Shown piece by piece: positions 37,009-46,058 of a DNA stretch of 47,263 bases. Origin of the DNA: a virus (lineage: Duplodnaviria > Caudoviricetes); the IMG/VR virus record IMGVR_UViG_3300037440_000041, positions 1-47,263 of that record; one strand, given 5' to 3'. Each line of letters opens with the position of its first letter. Position 1 is the stretch's first letter. Below the pieces are notes generated by a model. That model worked only from the letters and a program-made list of their open reading frames with translations, was not told the DNA's origin and did not search any database. The translations under genes were made by a program, and so were the position numbers.

Positions 37009-37019
37009 GGGCTCGCAGG

Positions 37020-37054
37020 AGGGCGGGGCGGCTGACAACCGCTCCGGCCCTCTT
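37020..37054 (+). terminator. intrinsic terminator-like hairpin
   Basis: agggc-ggggcgg/ccgctcc-ggccct followed by ctt. Confidence 0.5.
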
Positions 37055-37143
37055 ACGTGGTACTACTGCGGTAAGTGCCGTAAGCCTACGGACATTGAAG
37101 TTATGCGGGTGAGAGATGGTATGTACTTTTGCAAGAGGTGCAA

Positions 37144-37320
37144 ATGACTACAGTAGTAGCAAGGTATGAATCGGTACAGGGTAAAAATGCATTGTTTTAC
37201 AGGACGCCACTACCCGATGGTAGCATGGCGCTAGGCACCAACCATCTTAAACCAGAAATGTATGCCTACGCATACGCAGGTGGTGTTGCCTACCTTACAG
37301 GTAGATTGAGGTTGCTGTGA
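37144..37320 (+). CDS. microprotein family member (ends RLRLL)
   Basis: SD GAGGT then ATG 37144. Confidence 0.6.
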   Translation: MTTVVARYESVQGKNALFYRTPLPDGSMALGTNHLKPEMYAYAYAGGVAYLTGRLRLL

Positions 37321-37457
37321 AATTGTTAGAAACAGATTACTCTTATAGCTTCAAGGGTATTGATTGGATTGTGTGGGGTAAAGACAATTATGAGGCAAAG
37401 GATGTCTCTATTTATTGGGGGACTGCTGCATACTTTAGTTGTATGAGGTTATTATAA
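37317..37457 (+). CDS. microprotein family member (46 aa, ends CMRLL)
   Basis: GTGA overlap; MKLLETDYSYSFKGIDWIVWG...FSCMRLL. Confidence 0.6.
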   Translation: MKLLETDYSYSFKGIDWIVWGKDNYEAKDVSIYWGTAAYFSCMRLL

Positions 37458-39514
37458 TTACAAACGACATACTATCAGCAGCATTAGCCTATGCCGAGCA
37501 AGGCTTCCTGGTATTCCCTATTAAATCAGGCGGTAAGACCCCGCTTACAGAGAATGGATTTAAAGATGCCACTATTAGCGGTAGCAGTATCAGGTCATGG
37601 TTCGAAGGCAGGGTCAACGGAACTAGAAATATTGCCATTTGCACAGGGCAGGAGTCGGGCTTCTTTGTTATTGACGTTGACCCGCGCAATAACGGACACA
37701 AGTCTGCCGTACTCTCGAAGCTGGGTGTGCCTACTGTAGCTACAGGTGGTGGGGGTTATCATTACTACTTCAAATATCCCGCCGAGTCAATCAGGTGGCG
37801 GAAGACACTCGACAAAGGCATCGACATTAAGGCAGATAACGGATACGTACTTGTACCACCTAGTGTTACATCAGCTAAATATTCGTTCATCGCAACCACT
37901 CACACACCAAGTAATTTACAAACAATTCTTACAGAAGCGCCTGCTTGGCTTGTAGAAGCATGTATTAAGCCTGAGATAAACCCCGCTAAAATAATAACTG
38001 GCCACGTTACTAGCGATGTGACAGACACCCGCCCCGGCAGCGTGTTCAACCGCACAGCGTCGTGGTCTGGTATACTAGAACCTCACGGGTGGGTAGCCGT
38101 CCGTGAAGAAGATGGTGAAGTTAACGGTGAAGTATTCACCGAAACGTTCTGGCGTAGGCCGGGGAAAGCGGAAGGCGTTAGTGCCACCACAAACTACGAC
38201 GGGCATGACTATCTCTACGTCTTTACAAGTAGCGCGGAGCCCTTGGAGTCCGGGACCGCATATACGAAGTTCGCTGCGCAGACCAATCTTAATTACGGGG
38301 GAAACTATAGCGCAGCATCAAGAGCGTTGGCTAATGGATTTGCAATGGCTGGGCCTACTATAACTACACCTTATTCATTCACACCAGCTACGGAGGCAGA
38401 CCACTTTGTCCAACGATACATTGATTATGCGTCAAAGCAGACGGATGCTCCTACCGAGTATCATGAAGCCGGGGCACTCACACTCCTATCTATGGCTACT
38501 TCACGGTGTCGAGCTAGTCTCGCACCGTACCCCGGAGGGCTACGCAATAACTTATATATCACACTTGTAGGTACACAGGGTCAGTCACGTAAAAGTACTG
38601 CTCAGCGTATAGCAATTGATATTGCTAAAGCGGTAATGCCTGCTAGCATCCTACCTAACCGCGCTACTACTGAGGCTCTAATCAAATCGTTGTCACAACA
38701 CAATGGTATCCCCGCTATCTGGACTCCCGATGAATTCGGTGTAGCGTTAGCAGAAATGTATTCAAGAACATTCATGGCTGGTTTAGAGGAACTACTACTA
38801 AGTGCCTACTCCGGTGACGACTATATCTACGAGCGCAGTAATGACACACTCACCATTCGGCAGCCGTATCTCAGTGTTCTCGCCGCCGCTACGCCTGAAA
38901 GCATTAGCAGGACTGGGGGAACTGCACTTGAGTCTGGCCTACTACCTCGCTTTGCTGTAGTGTACCCCAAGACTCTGCCTGCACCTAAGCCAGTGGGTAA
39001 CTCAGTACCTGACCTAGCAGTAGAGCGTGCTAACCTAATCAGTTTTCTTAAGGACTTACTTACTTGGACGAACTCTAATGATAAAGTTACCTTCACAAAA
39101 GAAGCACTCAAAATCCTTAACGATGCGGAGTCGGGATTGGTGGGTAGAGCAGGCTCACGCCTGCCCGCAATGTTATACAAAGTCAGCGCGCTTTTGTCTC
39201 TGGCATCTAACAATACCAGTGTCGAGCGAAATATGGCTGAGGCTGCTGTAGTTATAGTAAACCGCTGGCGTACAGGTATGGAAAACCTGGTACCACTACT
39301 CAGTAAGGGCGGTAGTGACCCCGTGTTTACTCGCCAAGCTGAGTACGCTCTTGATATAGTCGTCAATCATTCAGGGCGCGTAGCACGTACCGTTATTGCT
39401 GAGGCACTGCGCCTTAAGGCAAGCCGAGTCGATGAGCTAGAACGTGCCTTGATCGATTGGGGTCAAATTAATTTGGACGTAAAGAACGGCCACAAGATTT
39501 GGATGAGACCATAG
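37439..39514 (+). CDS. bifunctional primase-polymerase fused to DUF3987-like helicase domain
   Basis: VFP...KTP..NGFKDAT, NIAI.TG, VIDVDPRN, TGGGG.HYYF, YVLVPPS; G..GQSRKST, DEF, GLLPRF. Confidence 0.88.
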   Translation: MYEVIIITNDILSAALAYAEQGFLVFPIKSGGKTPLTENGFKDATISGSSIRSWFEGRVNGTRNIAICTGQESGFFVIDVDPRNNGHKSAVLSKLGVPTVATGGGGYHYYFKYPAESIRWRKTLDKGIDIKADNGYVLVPPSVTSAKYSFIATTHTPSNLQTILTEAPAWLVEACIKPEINPAKIITGHVTSDVTDTRPGSVFNRTASWSGILEPHGWVAVREEDGEVNGEVFTETFWRRPGKAEGVSATTNYDGHDYLYVFTSSAEPLESGTAYTKFAAQTNLNYGGNYSAASRALANGFAMAGPTITTPYSFTPATEADHFVQRYIDYASKQTDAPTEYHEAGALTLLSMATSRCRASLAPYPGGLRNNLYITLVGTQGQSRKSTAQRIAIDIAKAVMPASILPNRATTEALIKSLSQHNGIPAIWTPDEFGVALAEMYSRTFMAGLEELLLSAYSGDDYIYERSNDTLTIRQPYLSVLAAATPESISRTGGTALESGLLPRFAVVYPKTLPAPKPVGNSVPDLAVERANLISFLKDLLTWTNSNDKVTFTKEALKILNDAESGLVGRAGSRLPAMLYKVSALLSLASNNTSVERNMAEAAVVIVNRWRTGMENLVPLLSKGGSDPVFTRQAEYALDIVVNHSGRVARTVIAEALRLKASRVDELERALIDWGQINLDVKNGHKIWMRP

Positions 39515-39684
39515 TGAGAATGTTAAAGAAGTGGGGCCATTATAGAACTACGTGGGTGCTACATGAACCTATGACTATTTACGTTACAGTACTTAACCAA
39601 CGTAATAAACGCAGTGCTAAATACCTGGTGCGTATGAACGACAAAGATTTAGTCATTCCAGATGCTATTCTGCGTGTAATCTAA
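39514..39684 (+). CDS. microprotein family member (ends AILRVI)
   Basis: TAGTG and TAATG overlaps. Confidence 0.6.
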   Translation: MRMLKKWGHYRTTWVLHEPMTIYVTVLNQRNKRSAKYLVRMNDKDLVIPDAILRVI

Positions 39685-40544
39685 TGCGTATGACCAACAA
39701 GCTAGGTTTACCCCAACCCATCTATGACGCTGTGTGTAACGACACCTACGAACGTGGTGCTGACACCGACATCAGTGTCACCCAGTTAATAGACCCACCC
39801 AGACTGGTAGCACTGAGTAAACTATACCAGGAGGTATTAGAAGAAGATGCATCTGATAGAATCTGGTCTTTGGTTGGTCAGTCAATGCACACTATTCTTG
39901 AACGTGCTGGTGTTGCCGGGTCTGTTGATGGTGAGTCTGTTGGAGAACAGACCGAAAAGCGTCTCTACGCTACTGTTAACGGGTGGACTATTAGTGGGCA
40001 ATTTGATTACATTGATAGTGACGGCACACTATGGGATTGGAAACTAGCTAGTGTATGGGAGGTCATGAACGGTGTTAAGGATGCGAGAACACATCAACTC
40101 AACGCCTACGCTTATCTTGCCGCTGTTAATGATATCGAAGTCAAACAACTCCGAGTCGGATTTATACTGCGAGATTGGCGCAAACACGCGGCCCGGACTG
40201 AGGCGGGGTACCCTCCTTACCAAGTCATGGTTTACCCTATTCCGCTCTGGCCCCTTGGACAAAGAGAGGCGTATCTACAAGAGCGAGTCGTTACCCACCA
40301 GGCGGCTAGGATAACGCTGCCTGAGTGCACTCCTGAAGAACGTTGGGCTAAGCCTGACACATGGGCAGCACGCAAGCCTGCTAACAAGCGGGCTAGTAAA
40401 GTGTTCGGTTCTGCTGCGGAGGCACACGCATGGGCAAAATCTAGTCCAAGTTATATAATAGAGAGACGCCCCGGAGTCAGTATCCGCTGTGAATCCTACT
40501 GCTCAGTTAGTTCTGTGTGTACACAGTTTAAGGGATTAAAGTGA
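39684..40544 (+). CDS. Cas4-like PD-(D/E)xK exonuclease
   Basis: G..MH..LE, EKR, SGQFD...DWK, QLN.Y, C-terminal RC.SYC.V...C.Q. Confidence 0.8.
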   Translation: MRMTNKLGLPQPIYDAVCNDTYERGADTDISVTQLIDPPRLVALSKLYQEVLEEDASDRIWSLVGQSMHTILERAGVAGSVDGESVGEQTEKRLYATVNGWTISGQFDYIDSDGTLWDWKLASVWEVMNGVKDARTHQLNAYAYLAAVNDIEVKQLRVGFILRDWRKHAARTEAGYPPYQVMVYPIPLWPLGQREAYLQERVVTHQAARITLPECTPEERWAKPDTWAARKPANKRASKVFGSAAEAHAWAKSSPSYIIERRPGVSIRCESYCSVSSVCTQFKGLK

Positions 40545-40726
40545 AGGTAGAGTTTACTCACCCACCGTCATGGTGGAGGTTCTCATTCAACGATGAATCT
40601 GTACCTATTACACCTTTATGGATTAGTGAATCTACTGTACGTCCGTATATGGCACCAGCAATATTTACATTCGCTGGGGCACAACTAGCTTCACAAGACT
40701 CCGGCTACTACATAAAACTACTATGA
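40541..40726 (+). CDS. microprotein family member (MKVEF...GYYIKLL)
   Basis: GTGA and ATGA overlaps. Confidence 0.65.
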   Translation: MKVEFTHPPSWWRFSFNDESVPITPLWISESTVRPYMAPAIFTFAGAQLASQDSGYYIKLL

Positions 40727-40914
40727 ACAAGGTAAAACGTGACGACGCTAACCTGTGGTGGAACTACACCCTTTGGGACAGAGACAGTACTTGGTTATTG
40801 TACACTATTAAAAGAAATGGTAGTTACACTTCTGGTGCTCGTGTAGAGGCCAATTATATTAAACAAGTAGCTGCTCGCTCCGTTAACACAGGTTACTATA
40901 TGAGGATACTGTGA
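40723..40914 (+). CDS. microprotein family member (MNKVK...GYYMRIL)
   Basis: Shares WW and GYY-x-[KR]-xL with the previous gene. Confidence 0.65.
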   Translation: MNKVKRDDANLWWNYTLWDRDSTWLLYTIKRNGSYTSGARVEANYIKQVAARSVNTGYYMRIL

Positions 40915-41123
40915 ATAAGCAGACTATAGATGAGTATGGGGTACGCTGGTCGGTGCAAGCACGTGATCCCGCATCGAAGCTGGTTAATACGTTACGGCGT
41001 AAAGGTTACATGTATGTGGTATTACCTCGTAAGACTTATCGTACTGGTGAACTAACAGACTGCAATAGTGATGACTATCTGATTAATGTACGACTAAAGG
41101 ATTGTGTCCAATGCTTACAGTAA
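40911..41123 (+). CDS. small hypothetical protein, possible microprotein family member
   Basis: GTGA overlap; LINVRL near, but not at, the C-terminus. Confidence 0.5.
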   Translation: MNKQTIDEYGVRWSVQARDPASKLVNTLRRKGYMYVVLPRKTYRTGELTDCNSDDYLINVRLKDCVQCLQ

Positions 41124-41287
41124 CTTCTGATTATTATGGTACAACTTATGATATAGGTTATGAGTTGGGGGGTATCATGTATACAACCAAGCTGCCTGAC
41201 TGGGGCAACCGAGAACCCAAGTTAACCTTTACCCCAAAGCGTACCTTCTACACCGTTAGTGGGTCATTAGACTTACAGCTAATTTAA
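41111..41287 (+). CDS. microprotein family member (ends DLQLI)
   Basis: SD AAGGA then ATG 41111. Confidence 0.55.
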   Translation: MLTVTSDYYGTTYDIGYELGGIMYTTKLPDWGNREPKLTFTPKRTFYTVSGSLDLQLI

Positions 41288-41296
41288 GGAGTATAA

Positions 41297-41839
41297 TTGC
41301 GTACCGTAGTATGTGACCTGGAAACCACCGACCTTAGAGCGGATATTGGTGTCTTAATAGTAGCGTGTTATGGCGTGCTAGACGATGATGATAATATCAA
41401 GGAGATGCACACCGAGACTATCCAGTCTATAGGTAAGGGTACAGTAGCTGACCGTGAACGTAAGCTAGCGCTGTGGGCTAGCAAGCAGTGGTCTGACTCC
41501 GATATAATCATAGGCCAGAATCACGTAGGCTTCGACCGCCACTTCTTGGATGGAGTGTTGTTCCGTAACCAGCTTCCCATGCTCCCTCCACGTATACTGT
41601 GCGACACCTATCAGACAGCTAAGGGTAAGCTTGGTATGGGTGCTAGTATGCGTAACCTGGTGGACATCATGGGTATCGGAGCTAAGGATGCTCCTAGTAA
41701 AGATGATTGGCGTAAGGCTAATCACGGGGACAAAGAAGCACTAGAGCGTATTAAAGAGCGTTGCGAATCAGACGTAGAAATGACGGCTGCTATGTGGCGT
41801 CGGCTTAAGCCAATCTATTACTCCCGATGGGGACGTTAA
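41297..41839 (+). CDS. DEDD/RNase H-like 3'-5' exonuclease
   Basis: CDLETT, GQNHVGFD, RCESDV. Confidence 0.8.
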   Translation: MRTVVCDLETTDLRADIGVLIVACYGVLDDDDNIKEMHTETIQSIGKGTVADRERKLALWASKQWSDSDIIIGQNHVGFDRHFLDGVLFRNQLPMLPPRILCDTYQTAKGKLGMGASMRNLVDIMGIGAKDAPSKDDWRKANHGDKEALERIKERCESDVEMTAAMWRRLKPIYYSRWGR

Positions 41840-42021
41840 TGAAAGTAGAAGTTGATATTGACTATGAAAACAAAAGAGCTGAGCGATGGTATCAGTTCGC
41901 CGCTGATAAAGAGTGGCGGACTGACGAGATATTTGCTCATGCTCTTACCCACACAGAAGCTTACGCGTGGAGTGATACTAAGTGGTTTAACAGTACACAG
42001 TTTGGGTTACGGTTAGTATGA
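41839..42021 (+). CDS. microprotein family member (MKVEV...GLRLV)
   Basis: TAATG overlap; RWY motif. Confidence 0.65.
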   Translation: MKVEVDIDYENKRAERWYQFAADKEWRTDEIFAHALTHTEAYAWSDTKWFNSTQFGLRLV

Positions 42022-42031
42022 AAGGATTAGT

Positions 42032-42262
42032 ATGACAGTAACACCGGGGCCTGATGCCCCACTACCTATGACATTTAGAGAGACAGTAGAGCGTACTGTC
42101 CAGAAGTTTGTACGTGACCTAGTAGTTAACCTAGTAATGGTGTCACCTATGCTGCTTGGTGATGGTGAGTTTAGCGCGGCACTAATACTACCAACTATTG
42201 GTCTAGCTTTCTACAGAACGTTTCGCGATGTATTTCCGGGCATCGTTCGGAGGGCCGGGTAA
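42032..42262 (+). CDS. two-TM membrane protein, holin-like
   Basis: ETVERTVQKF recalls the ER.VKTF motif of r1t-type holins; two hydrophobic segments. Confidence 0.45.
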   Translation: MTVTPGPDAPLPMTFRETVERTVQKFVRDLVVNLVMVSPMLLGDGEFSAALILPTIGLAFYRTFRDVFPGIVRRAG

Positions 42263-42264
42263 GG

Positions 42265-43869
42265 TTGCAATTCTCCGAAAATGCATTATATATTCTAAAA
42301 GAAAGGTACCTCAGTAAGCACTCCGGTACACAAGAAACTGTTGGTGAGTTTATTGACAGAGTGTCAATGGGTAACCAAGAGTATAAGGATGAACTAATTG
42401 CACCGCTTAACTTTCTACCAAATTCCCCAACACTATTCAACATGGACGTTCCCGGAGGGGGGACACTTTCAGCCTGCTTCAAGTTTGACGTTAGTGATAC
42501 CATGCTCGACGGCTTCGACGGTATCATGGACACCGCTACCAAAGCCGCACTGGTCACAAAGTGGGGTGGCGGTACTGGGTACTACGTCGGGGCTATCCGA
42601 CCTAAGGGTGCTCTAGTAAACAGTACCCACGGCTCTGCTATGGGACCAGTAGCTGTACTACGGTTTTATAATGGTATCGGTAAGATGATGACTCAGGGCG
42701 GTAAGCGTGAAGCTGCTCAGATGGGTATCCTAGACTGCGACCACCCAGACATACGTGAATTCATACACATGAAAGACACTGACCCGCAAGCACTAAGCAC
42801 GTTTAATATTAGTGTGAGTATTTCTGACAGTTTTATGGGGAGGGCGGTACACCGTGACACCAGGGAACATTCCATACTATGGGAAATGGCCGAAGCTGCT
42901 TGGCGTACCGGCGACCCCGGTGTTTATTTCGGGGATAGGGCAGAGGCCGACAACCCTACAAGGTTTTTGGGTAGGCTCACGGGCACCAATCCGTGTGGAG
43001 AGGTCCCCTTACTCAATAACGAAGCTTGTAACCTCGGTTCGATTAATCTAAGGAACATGTATGCTGACGGTATCAATTGGGAGCTACTACACAGGACAGC
43101 TACACTCGCCACACGGTACCTCGACGATGTTCTCGAACGCAATCACTTCCCCGTGGAATCCGTTGGTGTTGCCACTAATTTCACGCGAAAACTCGGGCTT
43201 GGCGTATGCGGTTGGGCTGACCTACTCGCGTTGATGCGTATTCCATACGCTAGTGACGAGGCTGTCAACCTGTTAGAAGCTGTTATTGCGTTTATACGAA
43301 AGGCGGCTGATGAAGAATCATTACGACTCGGAGAAGAACGTGGCCCAGCACCGTGCTTCGCTGGTACTGAGATTAGATTCCGTAATGCAACACGGTGCTG
43401 CATTGCCCCTACTGGCACAATTGCAATCCTCATGGGTGCAAGTAGTGGAATTGAGCCGCACTACCTCCGTGGGTGGACACGAACCCTCGGCGATGGTACT
43501 GTACTCTCTGAACATATAGGTGTTCTAAACGACACAGACTACGTACCGCAAACTGCTATGGAGATACCGTGGGAGTGGCACGTTAAGCACCAAGCTGCTG
43601 CTCAGAGACACACTGACTTAGCTGTCAGTAAGACAATTAATATGCCTAACTCTGCTACTGTGGAAGACATTTACAATGCTTATGTGTACATGTGGACACT
43701 AGGGTGTAAGGGTGGGACAGTGTACCGTGACGGTTGTCGTGAAACACAAGTCCTTAATGCTGTCGATGAAATTTTAGTAGAGTGTCCTAATTGTGGTGCT
43801 GGTATCAAACATGTTGAAGGATGCGCTACTTGTGCAGCGGAGTGTGGGTGGGGACTGTGCAGTACATAA
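42265..43869 (+). CDS. nrdJ: class II (B12-dependent) ribonucleotide reductase
   Basis: ERYL, FLPNSPTL, LSAC, QGG.R..A.M, TNPCGE, CNLGSINL, IAPTGT, SSGIEP; no beta subunit gene; C-terminal Zn ribbon. Confidence 0.9.
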   Translation: MQFSENALYILKERYLSKHSGTQETVGEFIDRVSMGNQEYKDELIAPLNFLPNSPTLFNMDVPGGGTLSACFKFDVSDTMLDGFDGIMDTATKAALVTKWGGGTGYYVGAIRPKGALVNSTHGSAMGPVAVLRFYNGIGKMMTQGGKREAAQMGILDCDHPDIREFIHMKDTDPQALSTFNISVSISDSFMGRAVHRDTREHSILWEMAEAAWRTGDPGVYFGDRAEADNPTRFLGRLTGTNPCGEVPLLNNEACNLGSINLRNMYADGINWELLHRTATLATRYLDDVLERNHFPVESVGVATNFTRKLGLGVCGWADLLALMRIPYASDEAVNLLEAVIAFIRKAADEESLRLGEERGPAPCFAGTEIRFRNATRCCIAPTGTIAILMGASSGIEPHYLRGWTRTLGDGTVLSEHIGVLNDTDYVPQTAMEIPWEWHVKHQAAAQRHTDLAVSKTINMPNSATVEDIYNAYVYMWTLGCKGGTVYRDGCRETQVLNAVDEILVECPNCGAGIKHVEGCATCAAECGWGLCST

Positions 43870-44102
43870 TGAACACATCAGATTTTACAACAGATTGGAT
43901 TAATACCGAAGAAGACCCGTGGATAAGAACTACTGTACCTCGATACACTACGACTACTACAACTACTAATACGTATGCCATACCCACCGTAATCTTTCCT
44001 ACACAGAATTCACAGCAGTATGCAAATACTGTTCAAGTAGTAGCTGACTACGCTGGTGGTTATTATCTACGTGGGAAGGGGAAGAGCCTACGCCTGCTGT
44101 AA
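43869..44102 (+). CDS. microprotein family member (77 aa, Thr run, ends SLRLL)
   Basis: TAATG overlap. Confidence 0.55.
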   Translation: MNTSDFTTDWINTEEDPWIRTTVPRYTTTTTTTNTYAIPTVIFPTQNSQQYANTVQVVADYAGGYYLRGKGKSLRLL

Positions 44103-44257
44103 ATGCTATAGAAGTCATTTGCACTACCGCCCCTGGGTGGGGTACGCTTGTCAGCGGAGCCGTGTTCATGGTAGGCTTTGCCTTAGCCGGTGTAGTGTGC
44201 GGACCGCTAGGGTGGTGGCTAGGGGGCAAGGTGTGGAGCATGGTGGGAGGTGATTAA
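44090..44257 (+). CDS. possible TM peptide lacking a canonical start
   Basis: Open frame ...IEVICTTAPGWGTLVSGAVFMVGFALAGVVCGPLGWWLGGKVWSMVGGD*, TAATG-coupled to the next gene. Confidence 0.4.
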   Translation, partial: TPAVNAIEVICTTAPGWGTLVSGAVFMVGFALAGVVCGPLGWWLGGKVWSMVGGD

Positions 44258-44463
44258 TGAGGTTGTGGCATAAGCATTCTTGGGTGTACGACACTTATGA
44301 AGAAAGAAACTGGCTACCTGAATGTAACCATAAATATACTCTTAGAATACCACGGTGCAGACACTGTACATCATGCCCTAAACATGAATACTACGATGAC
44401 TGGAAAGTTGACTGGCCTATCGAGAGGATAGAACGGAATAGGGCTACCCCTATAATCCTATAA
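44257..44463 (+). CDS. small Zn-binding protein
   Basis: HKHSW...RCRHCTSC. Confidence 0.6.
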   Translation: MRLWHKHSWVYDTYEERNWLPECNHKYTLRIPRCRHCTSCPKHEYYDDWKVDWPIERIERNRATPIIL

Positions 44464-44594
44464 TGTGGATAACTCGTGACTCCAAACGATGGTTCTACGT
44501 ACCGGACACCATGAAAGGATTACTGCCTTACCAGCGTGACGCATATATGGCTTATGTTTCAGGACTAGGAAGAAGGTTGCTTAAAGGCATATGA
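44463..44594 (+). CDS. microprotein (43 aa, ends LLKGI)
   Basis: TAATG and ATGA overlaps; RWFY. Confidence 0.5.
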   Translation: MWITRDSKRWFYVPDTMKGLLPYQRDAYMAYVSGLGRRLLKGI

Positions 44595-44761
44595 CTGTAC
44601 AAATGATGCAACACGAAGGTTGTGGGTACACCCGTAGGAACGCCGATTTTTGGTACGATTTAGCGTTAAGTAAAGATTTTGTTACTGGATATGAGATGAT
44701 TTACTTAAACCAAGTAGTACAGTTTCAGGCACCTAGTGGCGTAATATTGAAGGTGCTGTAG
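44591..44761 (+). CDS. microprotein family member (56 aa, ends APSGVILKVL)
   Basis: Manual translation; FWYD; tail resembles APVGVFL of 32104. Confidence 0.6.
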   Translation: MTVQMMQHEGCGYTRRNADFWYDLALSKDFVTGYEMIYLNQVVQFQAPSGVILKVL

Positions 44762-44943
44762 TGGCGCGTGTTACTTATGGAAGTACTAATACGTATACTT
44801 GGTATGACTTTAATGCCCTAGACCCGTTCTACATCCTTCTTGCGCAAAGGCGCGGGTCAGTCCACACATTACCCTATTTAACAGAAGTGGATGGACACAT
44901 AGGTCATTCTAGTGGGGCATATGGTTCCCTAAGGATTTTATAA
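44761..44943 (+). CDS. microprotein family member (MARVT...SLRIL)
   Basis: TAGTG and TAATG overlaps. Confidence 0.65.
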   Translation: MARVTYGSTNTYTWYDFNALDPFYILLAQRRGSVHTLPYLTEVDGHIGHSSGAYGSLRIL

Positions 44944-45122
44944 TGGCACGTATGCGGCACGGTGATAATAAGTCATACGGTTGGTATGACCTTAATAGTT
45001 ATGATGCATTTTTCGTTATGCTGAAAGCATATACTCATAATGGTTCCGCACCATTTATAAGTGAACAACGGGACCAGTTAGAACTCACGTTAACTGAGGG
45101 CTCACACGTGAGGATTATCTAA
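44943..45122 (+). CDS. microprotein family member (59 aa, MARMR...HVRII)
   Basis: Paralog of the previous gene (MAR...G...Y.WYD.N..D.F...L). Confidence 0.65.
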   Translation: MARMRHGDNKSYGWYDLNSYDAFFVMLKAYTHNGSAPFISEQRDQLELTLTEGSHVRII

Positions 45123-45469
45123 TGCGACAGTTCGCGATGGACGCTGCCACTGAGGTTAGGCTAGAATCCAATATGAAGCAGCGCGTAGGTGCTGCTCTTG
45201 TTCGTGGGAATAGAATTATAGGTCTAGCTTCTAACAAGACAGGGTGCTCACCGGCAGGGGGGTGGTCTAGACATGCAGAAATACGTGCTTGTATTAACCG
45301 CAACGCGTTCGGAGCGTCCGTGTATGTATCACGGGTACACGGACATAGCGGAACCCCGCTTCTTGCTAAGCCTTGCAGGGTATGTCAAGCATGGCTTACT
45401 ACCATTGGTGTCCGAAGGGTCTACTTCTCGGTAGCTGAGCCTCCGTACTGGGAGGAAATGAGGTTATGA
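45122..45469 (+). CDS. cytidine/dCMP deaminase-family protein
   Basis: VGAALV, HAE, PCxxC. Confidence 0.85.
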   Translation: MRQFAMDAATEVRLESNMKQRVGAALVRGNRIIGLASNKTGCSPAGGWSRHAEIRACINRNAFGASVYVSRVHGHSGTPLLAKPCRVCQAWLTTIGVRRVYFSVAEPPYWEEMRL

Positions 45470-45849
45470 AGAAAAAGAAACCTGTGTATGTTACACACTG
45501 CGTATCCTGTAATGTAGAGATACGTGGTACAGGGAAGTTTATTAAACTACGGTGCCCCGATTGTACACCTCGTCGTAAACTACGAAACCTGGGGGATAAA
45601 TATACTGCTAGTGATGGGTATGTAACAGTACTCACAGAAAGTGGCGCTGTTGCAGAGCACAGGTTAGTTATGGAAAAATTACTGGGTAGAAAATTACTCC
45701 CAGGAGAGAACGTTCATCACAAAAACGGTATACGCGATGACAACCGCCCCGAGAATCTTGAATTGTGGGTTAAACCACAACCATCGGGGCAGCGTGCAGG
45801 GAACCTCCAATGTCCCCACTGTGGTAAAAGGTACTTGGACACCGATTAA
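45466..45849 (+). CDS. HNH homing endonuclease
   Basis: EHRLVME..LGR.L...ENVHHKNG.RDDNRPENLEL. Confidence 0.88.
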   Translation: MKKKKPVYVTHCVSCNVEIRGTGKFIKLRCPDCTPRRKLRNLGDKYTASDGYVTVLTESGAVAEHRLVMEKLLGRKLLPGENVHHKNGIRDDNRPENLELWVKPQPSGQRAGNLQCPHCGKRYLDTD

Positions 45850-46058
45850 CTAAAATATGCTAAGAAAAACCGTTTAGGAGTAAAATGGTTAGGTTCAGAA
45901 ATTTATGCTAGCGAACAAAAAGCCTAAGACCCTAACCCTAAATTGTAGTGGGTGCGGAAAAGGTGTGAGAAACGTCCTCCCTTCACACGGAGGGAAGGTG
46001 CTTGAGGCATGGCATCCAGCATGCAGTCCGTATGTAGGTAAGGGTATCGGGGGTTAGT

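Noticed and set aside
39684-40544. CRISPR-Cas system (Cas4-like gene)
   Set aside because: No array or other cas genes; solo Cas4-like nucleases are common in phage replication modules
33683-43869. Introns or inteins in PolA, primase or RNR
   Set aside because: Frames are continuous, catalytic motifs are normally spaced, and no intein splice motifs were seen
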